A stretch of 38,272 bases of DNA, from NCBI RefSeq assembly GCF_004010195.1, contig NW_025215076.1:24076-62347 (forward strand). Reading direction: 5' to 3'. Within the stretch, counting starts at the first letter, position 1, and each line of letters begins with the position of its first letter. Below are positions 1 through 10,492 of the stretch, piece by piece. The stretch comes from Chiloscyllium plagiosum (Eukaryota). Position numbers and translations under genes: made by a program. The notes beneath the pieces were generated by a model. It saw only the letters and a list, made by a program, of their open reading frames with translations, was not told the origin of the DNA and searched no databases.

Positions 1-80
1 TGTGGTGCTGGAAAAGCACAGCGGGTCAGGCAGCATCCGAGGAGCAGGAGAATCGACGTTTCGGGCAAAAGCCCTTCATT
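1..80 (-). mobile_element. Penelope-like terminal repeat (pLTR) fragment with partial hammerhead motif
   Basis: Same sequence family as the arms of the 10493-12061 element. The reverse strand reads atgaagggcttttgcccgaaacgtcga. Confidence 0.75.
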
Positions 81-1279
81 ATGAAGATGGATTCTTGACC
101 AGTTAGGTCAAGGGTTACCGGAAAGGAGCAGGGAAGTGAGGAGCATGGAATGAGCAAAATGGTAGAGCAAACTCGCGGGGCTGAATGGCCTACTCCTGTT
201 CCTATTTCTTATGGGCTCATCTGCAATCTCGATTGTACATTGCAGGATGTAGCACTTACTTGGGGGTGGGATGGCTGGCTCAGCCTCAAGTCCAGAGCTT
301 TGCTATGGCAACACGCGCTGTTGGGGGTGGGGAGCGGGGAGGATTCGCTGATGATGATCACAACTTCCAGAGTATTTCATTTCATTTCGCCTGATATTAA
401 TCCATCACATTAAGTGCGTATATGATGCTCATAAATAATTATGGCCACCATACCGAGTAAAATTGTACACATTTCAAGGGGAAGCTAGATCTGTGCGGCG
501 GGGGTGGGGGGAGTGGGAAAGAGTCACTGGGAGAATGAGGTGATGAGGTCGGAAAGGGGGGACGTCAACATGGATCAATGTTACGATGAATAACCTGTTT
601 ATGAGCTGCAGATGTTATAACACTCCTACAGAAACCACAAGTCGCCTTAGACTACACTCTGCAGATTGAATGGGGAGTGTGCAATCTGAGATTCCCTCCC
701 AACTCTTTCTAGTGGACTATCCTGGATTTCAATATCAATGTAACATTACGTATGGCACACGCTGGATAGTAACGCTGAATAATTCCCCGACTGTCCCGGG
801 TGAAGAGAAGGACATCCATCCGATTGAGATTTTCGCTGTTTATTGCGAACGGCTTCCTTTAGTCTGTCCCGAATGCTGTTGGAGTAGAAGTGCAGTGATC
901 CTGTGTTGGGCCACGATTAGGTAATTCGAGGTTTGTCCTAATCGGTACGTAGGGGAAATCGTCTGGAAAACTTCAACGATAAAGTAACCAGTGCCTACAG
1001 ATAGTGACAAAATCACTTGTGCCTCAAATTGCGTACATATCACCCTTTTATACAATTAGTTTCTGTTATTTTGATACTTTCCATAGTTTAGATTGTTGCC
1101 ATATTTGGTTCTGTCTATGCTGCTTGTCTGCACTGTGGCCACTGAGTTACACCAACACATTGTGAACCAGCCTTATGCTGTTTATAATCAGACCCATGCT
1201 AATTCGTAATCTGACGCCAGTGATGGCTCCATCAAGGCTGACCATAGTTGGACTGACTTTATTTATCTCTGACCTTCAG

Positions 1280-1420
1280 GCTGCGAAATGCTGTTGGTTT
1301 CGATGGACAGTCCAGTGAGGATCAGTCACAATCACCAGTGAGAGCTGATAGTGACATTTACCAAAACCCATCGTCAGACAGCGACAAAGTCTATTACCAG
1401 TTGTCCGCAAGCATGCCAAG
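1280..1420 (+). CDS. VIP: VIP-family prohormone, pro-region exon (equivalent to VIP exon 3): (R)LRNAVGFDGQSSEDQSQSPVRADSDIYQNPSSDSDKVYYQLSASMP(R)
   Basis: Acceptor ccttcAG at 1278-1279 and donor AG|GTGAGA at 1421. The exon is 141 nt, open and phase 2/2. It resembles the tetrapod VIP pro-region as recalled (RLG.R..F.G..E.D...SDI.QN......YY.S), and splices in frame to the 2196 exon. It may be a paralog rather than the VIP ortholog. Confidence 0.85.
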
Positions 1421-2195
1421 GTGAGAGAATTACATTGCCAATCCTGCATATTTAAACAAAAAAAAATTCAGAACTGCTCACTATATTGGTCCAGCACAAT
1501 GATCTACATTAAAACTTAGGAAAAAAAGGCACCTTGGAGCCTGTTCCACGTTCAAACTCAATTTGTGATTGATCTGGTTGCAGCCTTATTTGTCTTGTCT
1601 AATTTCCCTCCCCAGCCCTATAACCCTTGACTCCCTTTTGATTTTAAAAAGAAAATCTGTTAGTTCAGATTTGAACATATTCAGTAACTTTGCCTTCAAT
1701 GCTCATAGGAAGAGAATTCCCAAGAGGTGCAACTGAGAGCAGAATTATCTCCTCATTTGTATCTTAAGCGAAATACATTTTATTTATGAACTGTGCCCAC
1801 TGTTCGATTCTTTTCTCTCCTAAGAAGCACCTCAGAATCTTTTCCAAGAAGATTGCCTCCCTTTCTGCTGACATCCAGTGAGTACAGGCCCACCTTTATG
1901 CCTAAGGCAATCTTTTATTCCCATTAATGTTGAGCACATGACTTCTTAGTAGCCATACTGCTTAGGCAAGTGCTGGTGTGTGTTTGAATGGTTTATAAAT
2001 GTCAATAAGAAGCAATTGCAAGGGAAGAGTAGTTGATGTTGGGGGGCAAAGTCCAGAGAACCCTTCCTTTCAGAGACTGATCCAACAATTCTGCACAAAC
2101 TGTCCAATAGTTTTGTAATTAATCATTTCTTTTCATAAATCTCTCAAAAGTCCTCTATATTAAAACTGTCTGTGTGTTTCTTTCCATTCCTCCAG

Positions 2196-2294
2196 AGCAA
2201 AACGACATTCAGATGCAATTTTCACCAACGAATACAGCAAACTGCTTGGTGAAATAGCTGCTAGGAAATATCTGGAATCACTGATGGGGAAAAG
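2196..2294 (+). CDS. VIP: VIP-family prohormone, exon in the PHI/PHM position: (R)[32 protein letters not shown](R); mature peptide 2206-2286
   Basis: Polypyrimidine tract tttctttccattcctccAG and donor AG|GTATGT; 99 nt, phase 2/2. It has the secretin/glucagon-superfamily signature H-S-D-x-x-F-T, a KR site before the peptide and G-K-R after it. Confidence 0.95.
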
Positions 2295-2659
2295 GTATGT
2301 GAATGCTTGGGGGTAGTGGGGAGTTGCATGGCAGGGACACACTGGGTGTGGGCCGGGGCTCAGCATTGGAGAACATGGAGGATTTTGGGACTTCAAACTG
2401 CATCTGAATGCGATTGAACTTTACAATCATGAAGTGTATAAACAAGAGCATCAACGTCAATCAATCCCCCCTCAATCAACACTAGAGCAATGAGTTGGGG
2501 AATGCATCGCCTTTCTAAATCTGTTAAAGAAAAAGATAGTTTAAAGTGATGAACGAACTGCTCCTCAGTAATGTTGACATACAAATGATAACATTTTTAC
2601 AAGTGACACTGAGAAACTGGACATTGTTACACCAAATAGAAAAATGCCATTTTCCATTA

Positions 2660-3880
2660 GAGGGAGAGGAGAAATGTTTTGGCTGCAATTGACAATAAAT
2701 TGTCAGTGGTCATAAAAACAAATATAAGCCCAACTGATGCTATGGTTGAGCATGCACACACTGGAGAAAGAAAAGATTGGCTGTTTAACAGGAAATAAAG
2801 AGTGGACATAAATGGCTCTTTTAAGGTTGGTAAGATGAAATAAGCGGAAGGCCATATGGATTGATAGAACCTCAAATGCTTACAAGTTATGCAAATAACT
2901 TGAATGAAGGAATGTAAGATATGATTACCAAATCTGATGTTGGTACAAAGATAACTTGGAAAGTAAGTTGTGAAGAGAATATAAAGCAGCTGCAAAAAAC
3001 TAGGTTGTGAGTCTACAAAGATGTGGCAGATGAATATAATGTGGGAAATGTGAAATTATCCAATTCAGCAGGAAGAATTAAAAAGCAACATATTCTCTAA
3101 ATGGTGAATCATTACAGTTTTCTGACATGGAGGTGTCTTAGTACATGAATCACACAAATACTGGTATACAGATAGCTTTTACCAGACTAATAAGTAATAA
3201 TATGTAATGAGTGGGTTATCTTACAAGGAAAAGTTGCATATTCTAGACTTGAATCTGTTAGACTTTGAGAGCATGAGTTGAATTAATTGAAACATAAAAT
3301 CCTGAGCGTCTTGACAGGGTGAATGGAGAGGACATTTCCTTTCATGCAAGCATCAAGAACTAGGGGATACTGTTTTAAATTCAAAGTCCTAGCACATTTG
3401 TAAGGCTGAGGTGGATAGATTCTAATTAAGCAAGGAGGTGAAAAGTTATCAGCTGTAAATGGGAATATGGGGCTTGAGGTTACAATCAGATCAGCCATGA
3501 CCTTGCTGAATGGTGGAGGAGACTCAAGGGCTGAATGGTCAACTCCTTATTGAATGTGTTTTACTCACTATGTTAGGGAGCAAGTTAGTTGAATTGTTCA
3601 AAATTATGAAGGTTTTTAAAAGCTTAAGAGTGAAGAAACCGTTTGATGAAAGGTTTGATAACCAAAGTGCACCAGTTTAAGGTAATTGGAAAATACGGTT
3701 TCTCATGTGCTGCAGATTGTCCTGATCCAGCATATGCTACGGAATATGAAGGATTCCATACTGACTTTCAAAAAGAAAGCATAAAAAAGATGCAGGATGA
3801 TAGAGATAGAGTGGGGCAATTAGATAGCCCTTTGAAAGATAGTCTAGCATGGGCCGAATGGTCTCTGTCTGTGATGTCAG
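2660..3880 (+). mobile_element. Highly decayed CR1-type LINE 3' fragments (intronic)
   Basis: Contains remnants such as tggcagatgaatataatgtgggaaatgtgaa and CR1-type 3' ends (gggctgaatggtcaactcct; gggccgaatggtctct). Boundaries are approximate. Confidence 0.6.
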
Positions 3881-3984
3881 ACTCTGTGACTCAGTATTTT
3901 GATATGGCAACTGTATTGTTGAATATTTCCCCAAATTTTTAATTTTAATTGAATCTAAAGGGTGTTCCATTTGAACAAAGATCA

Positions 3985-4560
3985 AGAGTAAGCCACTTGA
4001 GAAAGTCTCTTCAAGCCTGCTCTGCCATTTTATAAGATCATGGTTGATCTGGTTTTAACTCAACTCTGTATTCCTACACATCATCAATAACCTTTCATCC
4101 CCTGGCTAATTAAGCATTGATCGACCTCTGCCTTCAGAATGTTTGAAGACTCTGCATCCATTGCCCTTTAAGGAAATGAATTCCAAAGACTCCTAATCTT
4201 CTTCGAGGAAAAATATGTCTCCTCATCTGTCTTAGCTGAGCAACACCCTATTTTAAAACTATTACTCCCAGTTCCACCTGACAAGAGGAAACTCCTTTCA
4301 ATGTACAACTGGTCAAGTCACCTTAAGATCTTTTATGTTTCAACTAAGTCACTACTGACTTTCTCCAGAGGATACAGATCTAGTCGATTTAACTTTTCCT
4401 CCAAAGCAACCTACTCATTCTAGGTCTTAGTCTAGTAAACCTTTTCTGAGCTGCTACCAATGCATTAGCATCCTTAAGCACCCTGACTAGCACTGGACCC
4501 AATACTCTAGATGTGATCCTTCCAATGCTCTGTATAACTGAAGCATAATCTCCTTTCTAT
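3985..4560 (-). mobile_element. Decayed CR1-type LINE 3' fragment
   Basis: Shares the gcctgctctgccatt..ataagatcatgg.tgatct 3' pattern also seen near 1530 and 37500. Boundaries are approximate. Confidence 0.55.
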
Positions 4561-4732
4561 TCCGAATTTAATCATGGTTTCAGCCACTTAACGGAAGAAT
4601 TCTAAATGAAACGTTTTATCATGTGTAATGTACAGCTGAGGTCGGGGAGCAGGCATATTGAATCTTTTTAACTGAACCATGTGCATGGCCTGAACATTTT
4701 AGACTGAAGATGCTTTTGTTTCTGATAATCAG

Positions 4733-4858
4733 AACCCAGGATGAGCACAACGCAAGCAAACGTCACTCTGATGCTGTATTCACTCATATGTACACCACTC
4801 TCCTGCAGGAGAAGGCAGCGAAAGAATTTCTCGAAAGGATAGCAAATGGCCAGACAAG
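4733..4858 (+). CDS. VIP: VIP-family prohormone, exon in the VIP position: (R)TQDEHNASKR-HSDAVFTHMYTTLLQEKAAKEFLERIANGQT(S); peptide begins at 4764
   Basis: Acceptor cttttgtttctgataatcAG and donor AG|GTACTT; 126 nt, phase 2/2, no stop codon. KR-HSDAVFT is identical to the VIP N-terminus, and Y10, T11, L13, A18, K20, L23, I26, N28 and G29 also match human VIP as recalled. Confidence 0.92.
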
Positions 4859-4889
4859 GTACTTTAAATAAATTTGGAGCAATTATAAG

Positions 4890-6565
4890 ATTATAGAGTA
4901 GAGAATATAGAACAATACAGCGCAGAACAGGCCCTTCACTCTCGATGTTGCGCTGACTGTGAACTATTCTCAACTCGTCCCCCTACACTATCCCAAAATC
5001 ATCCATATGCTAATCTGAGGATTGTTTAAATCTCTCTAATGTGGTTGAGTTGACTACATTAGCAGGTAGGGCATTCCACGCCCTTACCACTCGCTGCATA
5101 ATGTACCTGCCTCTGACATCTGTCTTAAATCTACCACCCCTCAATTTGTTGTGATGCCCCCTCGTACACACAGAAATAATCATCCTAGGAAAAAGACTTT
5201 CACTGTCTACCCTATCTAATCCTTTGATCATCTTGTATGTCTCTATCAAATCCCCTCTTAGCCTTCTTCTTGCCAATCAGAACAGATTCAAGTCTCTCAG
5301 CCTTTCCTCATAAGACCTTCCCTCCAGACCAGGCAAAATCCTGGTAAATCTCCTCTGCACCTTTTCCAATGCTTCCACATCATTCCCAAAATATCGGGAC
5401 CAGAACTGTACACAATATTCCAAGTGTAGCCGCATCAGCGTTTTGTATTGCTGCAGCATGATATTGCGGCTCCGGAACTCAATCCCTCTACGAATGAAAC
5501 CTAACACACTGTATGCCTTCTTAACAACACTATCCTCCTGGGTGCAACTTTTAGGGATCTATGTATATGGACTCCAAGATCCCTCTGCACATCCATACTA
5601 CCAAGAATCTTTCCATTGACCCAGTACTCTGCCTTGCTGTTCTTCTTCCCAAAGTGCATCACCTGACATTTAGCTGCATTGAACTCCACTTACCACCTCT
5701 CAACCCAATTCTGCAGTTTATCCAAGTCCCCCTGCAACCTGTAACACTTTTCCACACTGTCCACTACTCCACCAACTTTAGTGCCATCTGCAAATTTACT
5801 AATTCATCCACCGATGCCTGCGTCTAAGTCATTTCTAAAAATGACAAACAGCAGTGGTCCCAAAACACATCCTTGTGGCACATCATGAGTAACTGGACTC
5901 CAGGCTAAATATTTTACATCAACCACCACTCGCTGCCTGCTTTCAGAAAGCCAGTTTCTAATCCAAACTGCTAAATCACCCTCAATTCCATGCCTCTACA
6001 TTTTCTCCAACAGTCTACCATGTGGAACCTTATCAATGGCTTTACCGAAGTCCATGTATACCACATCAATTGCCCTACCATTATCTACATGCTTCGTCAG
6101 CTTCTCAAAAAACTCAATGAGGTTTGTGAGACACGACCTGCCCTTGACGAAACCATGTTGACTATCTGAAATCAAATTGTTGTTTGCTAGATAATTATAA
6201 ATCTTATCTCTTATAATCCTTTCCAAAACCTTTCCTACAACAGACGTAAGGCTCACTGGTCTATAATTACCTGAGTCATCTCTACTGCCCTTCTTGAGCA
6301 AGGGTACAATATTTGCAATTCTCCAGTCTTCTGGTACCAAACCTGTAGACAATGACGACTCAAACATCAAAGCCAAAGGCTCTGCTATCTCCTCCCTAGC
6401 TTCCCAGAGAATCCTCGGATAAATTCCATCTGGCCCAGGGGACTTGTCTACTTTCACTCTTATTACAATTGCTAACACCTGGTCATAACTAACCTCAATC
6501 CTTTCTAGTCTAATATCTCATACCTCATTCTTCTCCTCTACAATATTCTCCTTTTGCTTAGTGAA
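4890..6565 (-). mobile_element. 5'-truncated CR1/HER1-like LINE (ORF2 reverse transcriptase, interrupted by stops and frameshifts)
   Basis: ORF pieces KSPGPDGIYPRIL...NYRPVSLTS...QHGFVKGRSCLTNLIEFFE...DVVYMDF, HLEYCVQFWS and RRRLRGDLIETYK. The 3' tail lies near 4890-4940. Confidence 0.95.
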
Positions 6566-6879
6566 AATGACCAGAATGTGCCTCAAGAGTCCGTAAGCCC
6601 AGATCTACACTGGTACTGATGTCTTCAATGCAAATCTGTCCTGAGTATGCATGGTATAAAAATTGTGTCGAGAAACAACCAAGACACAGGTTACTTGATC
6701 TAACCCAATATGTGTTTGCCCTGCACACACCATATATTCAATTTCTCAACTTAAACACTCATAATCTCTGCTTTTGTCACGTCCTTGGTTGTTGCATTAC
6801 ATAGCCTTGCAAAACCAGATGTATTCTCTCTATCCAAAGCCTCTCATATTCAATTCAACATGTAAGACATGGTTCAATG

Positions 6880-7155
6880 GAGTGTTGAAGGGATGCTACA
6901 CTGTTAGGCGTTCTGTCATTTAATATCCCCAGATAGATGTAAAGATCCACTGACCCTATATGAAAATGGTGGGGGATTTCTCTGTGCCTTGACCAATATT
7001 TCTCCTTCAACCAGCATTCATTATCTCACTGCTGCTAGTGGGTCCGTGGTATTGGAAATTGGTAAACGTATCTTTCCTTATATTAGTACTTCATCTTAAA
7101 GCTACTTAATTGGCTGTGAAGTCCTTTGGAAGGTCTTGAGTTTGTGAAAGGTGGG
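6880..7155 (+). mobile_element. Decayed Deu-domain-type SINE remnant
   Basis: Contains gatgtaaagatcc...gaccaatatttctccttcaacc...taattggctgtgaag.cctttgg. Related pieces lie at about 26790-27030, 27240-27330 and 37190-37420. Family assignment is from memory. Confidence 0.5.
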
Positions 7156-8754
7156 AAGTAAAAACATGCTCTTCCTAGTTGTTTCATACATGTTTGTCAG
7201 TGGCACTACCATTCATTACTATCCCTGCAGAGACCAGCAACCTTAAAACAATTCACCCTTTCCGTTAATAGTAAAAAGGGTGATAAACACTTTTTCATAT
7301 TTTAAGATATTTCTCTGTGACAATCAGGCTAAAAGTGTTATCAGCTAAACACTATTATTGTAGTAAACTTATACTGTCAACTACAAAACAGAAAATTTCC
7401 CCTTTACTATCGACAAAAGAAAAATTCACTTCACAACTACATATAACTCTGCCCTTAAGTAGGCAATCAGTTTTCCCAGATCCAGACCTAAATTGATCCT
7501 TAGCTTGCAAATGCTTGTTTCCTTTGCTTACTTTTATTTCCCAGCCAGGTACCTTTTTAACCCAAGAACTATCTTTTATGATTACTTTTCCTAGAGGTTC
7601 TCCATCTGGCATAGGACAGGCAAATCTTCCATCCTTTTTGCAAATCCTTAATACATTGTTCCTTTCAATCTGAGCATGGGCACCACTCTGTTTCTGTCTC
7701 GTGAACCAGACAGACTATCAAATTTTATTCATTCCCTCCCCCAGATCCTAATGAAGCGATTGTGATTTTCTCAGGGATAGTTCTAAAACTGAGCCCTTCC
7801 TCAAAGCTCAACTCCATGATAATGTGATAATGTGCATCACATTGACCTTGTGATTGCTGATTTGCCACATTGAGACCCCAAATCGCTTATCATGAAAGTA
7901 AATTAAAACATAAGTGTTTACAACTTCACAATCTGACCATGTTCCAGGGATTTCAAAGATTATAAATCTAATTAATGTAAACAGGACTGTTGCTGCCATT
8001 GGTTCATGCGTGAATGTTTCCCACCTTCTTTCCAATAAAATAACTTACTTCTCCCGATAATCTCTAACAGACATTTCATCCCATCTTGTTGTTGGACAGG
8101 GTTAGGAAAAGTTCCAAAGCCCCTTTCATTTTACCTTAGATTAAAATATAAATAAAGGTAAAGTCACCACAGTCTTATTGGTGTACTTTCCCCTTAGAGA
8201 GAGAACTGATGGTGGTTTAACCTGAGGGTCACAATGCCTCAGGTGAGGAGAGAGTTTGAGATGAAACATTATCCATAGTAACCTCAGCAGGTGTGGGAAT
8301 TAAACCCACACTGTTGGAATCATTTTACATTGCAAACGACCTATCCAGCCAACCAAGCTAACCCACCCACAAAATCAAAAGCTATAACAATCTCATTAAA
8401 CTTCATGTCTAACGTTTGGAAGAATAATATGGACACTCAAGTCCTGAAGTCTGAGCAATCCTCCTGCTGCCAAATTTGATCTCAAAACATGTGCACGAAA
8501 CCTAAGCTTAAGTGTGCTTGTTCCAGTTTAAGCAATGCACTTGCTAATACATTTCAGAAGTGGGCTTCTTAATAGAGTAGAACTTAGCATTGAATTCTTT
8601 TTGTATATTTTTCTTCTAGATTTCCAACTGAATTGATTCAACACTTACTTTTATGTAATGATTCAATGCCTTTCAAGAGTTAAAGGTAACAAATCCAGGT
8701 AATAGAAAGAATTATTGTTCTCAGTATGGTGAACAACTCTTTCTAATTTTCCAG

Positions 8755-8833
8755 CAGCCAGCAAGATCCAAACTCAGCTGATACCTTAGACAACCCCTCG
8801 CCTGTTGAAAATTATGTCAGTGATGCGATTTAG
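8755..8833 (+). CDS. VIP: Probable last coding exon of the VIP-family gene: (S)SQQDPNSADTLDNPSPVENYVSDAI*; the exon continues as UTR to 8851
   Basis: Acceptor ctctttctaattttccAG, phase-2 compatible. It encodes a short acidic tail starting SS, like the VIP C-terminal exon. TAG at 8831-8833 is followed by a donor AG|GTAGGT at 8852, matching the VIP layout of a stop in the penultimate exon. Confidence 0.7.
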
Positions 8834-9609
8834 AGTCAGCTTCAAGATTAGGTAGGTATAGATTCTCCCACCGGGATACATGTGAAAGTCCTGGATAATT
8901 TTCAGTAAGTGCAATTGTAGTTAGTGAGTATTCATTTGCATTAAAACAAACTATCAGTTTCTCACAGGTTTGGTCAGTACAGTATGGCAAAGGAGTTTTT
9001 TCTGTTCTGTAACTTCCTGCAGGTACGATATGGTTTATCATCCGGCAGATTGCCTTAATAACTCATTTGTTCACGAATGTCCTGTCAAAAAGGAAATCTA
9101 GCATCCATTCCCAGTCTGACTTATACATACTAGTGTGGTTAATAAGCCACTCAGTTGTATTGGAATAATGGTTCAAGAAGAAGGTGCACTAATATTGTCC
9201 AAAGACATCTAAAGACTCAAAATAAATGCTGACCTTGACAGTGACACCCACATCCTGAGAATCAATTAAAAAGAGAACAGTTCCATTCATTGAAATGGGT
9301 TTGCAATCTGTGTGATGATGCATCTGGAAATAAAATTCTGTTCACAATGCTCTGGAAATAACAATATTTTATCAAAGCTACTTTAGAGAGGCTTTTTGTA
9401 GATAAAAGGATAAATTCATCAACCTCATGCTCTGAGCTGNNNNATTATAGAATTAAAATTAAAGGTTTCATCATTGTGATATTTCCGACTAATATCCCCA
9501 TACACATTTGCAGTCAATGCCTTACTTTCCTGAGATTTATTGTGAGCAGTGGCAGACTTAAAAGTGACCTGATTTTAGAGAGTAGGACTCCATCAATTTG
9601 ACATTTTCA

Positions 9610-9975
9610 TTTAATATTTCATGGGACGTGAGCATCCCAGGCAAGGCCACCAATTGTCACCCTTCTCTGGGTGCCTTGAGCTGAGTGACTTGGGAGGCCA
9701 CTTCAGAGCCAACTGTATTGCTGTGAGTCAGGAGTCACATGTAGCCTGGACCATGCAAGGATGGTAGATTCTCTTCCCTAAAGGGTGTTACTGAAACAAA
9801 GCTTTTGTGACAGTTGATAATTTCATGGTCACCGTTACTGTGATGAGTTTCCAATTCCAGAATATTTAGTTAATTGAATTAAATTTCCCCCAACTGTTGT
9901 GGTTGGGGTTTGAATCCATATCTGCAGAGCATTAACATAGATATCAAGGTTACCAGTCCAGTGACATTACCATGC
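9610..9975 (-). mobile_element. tRNA-derived SINE (same family as 19765-20120)
   Basis: Reverse complement of the ctacatgtgactcc core and the ..cacgtcccatg tail, with a B-box-like ggattcaaacc. Confidence 0.65.
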
Positions 9976-10492
9976 CACCATTTTCTATTCCTGCCTTGGC
10001 TAATTAAATCTATCAAAGCACCTCCTCTGGAGAGCCAATTGAATGACAATCTTTTTTTGAAGTGTAAAATTATTTGCTTTTCTTTCCCTTTATTTAACAA
10101 AGTATTTGTTGATTACTCAGTCTGTCAGCTGTTCCGTTGCTGTTTCTAGATTAAAGGGGGGTCATTTTAATCTTTCTTCAAGACAAGTGGAAGCAGTTAG
10201 ATGTTCTGTACCATTTTTAAATGCTGCTAAATTTACAATTGATAAATAAAATGTGGAAAGAAATTGACCAGGATATAAAATGACTCGCCAACCAGATTGC
10301 ATCAGTCCCCTGATGGATGGGCCAGATTAAAGATTTCCATCTTGCCTCTCCCAACCAAATGTAAACCAAATAGTTGCAAGTGAGCTTGGCCACACTTGCC
10401 TTAAAAAGCAGATTGTGAAATGAATACTTAGATTTGTGGGTTCAATTCCTGCTCTAGAGACTGGAGCACGCAAACTCGGCAATGTTCTTGAT

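Noticed and set aside
670..924. ORF ending ...WATIR with a phase-2-compatible AG|GTAATT donor at about 921, as the missing signal-peptide exon
   Set aside because: There is no hydrophobic signal-peptide core and no resemblance to VIP exon 2. The true first coding exon is probably upstream of the window.
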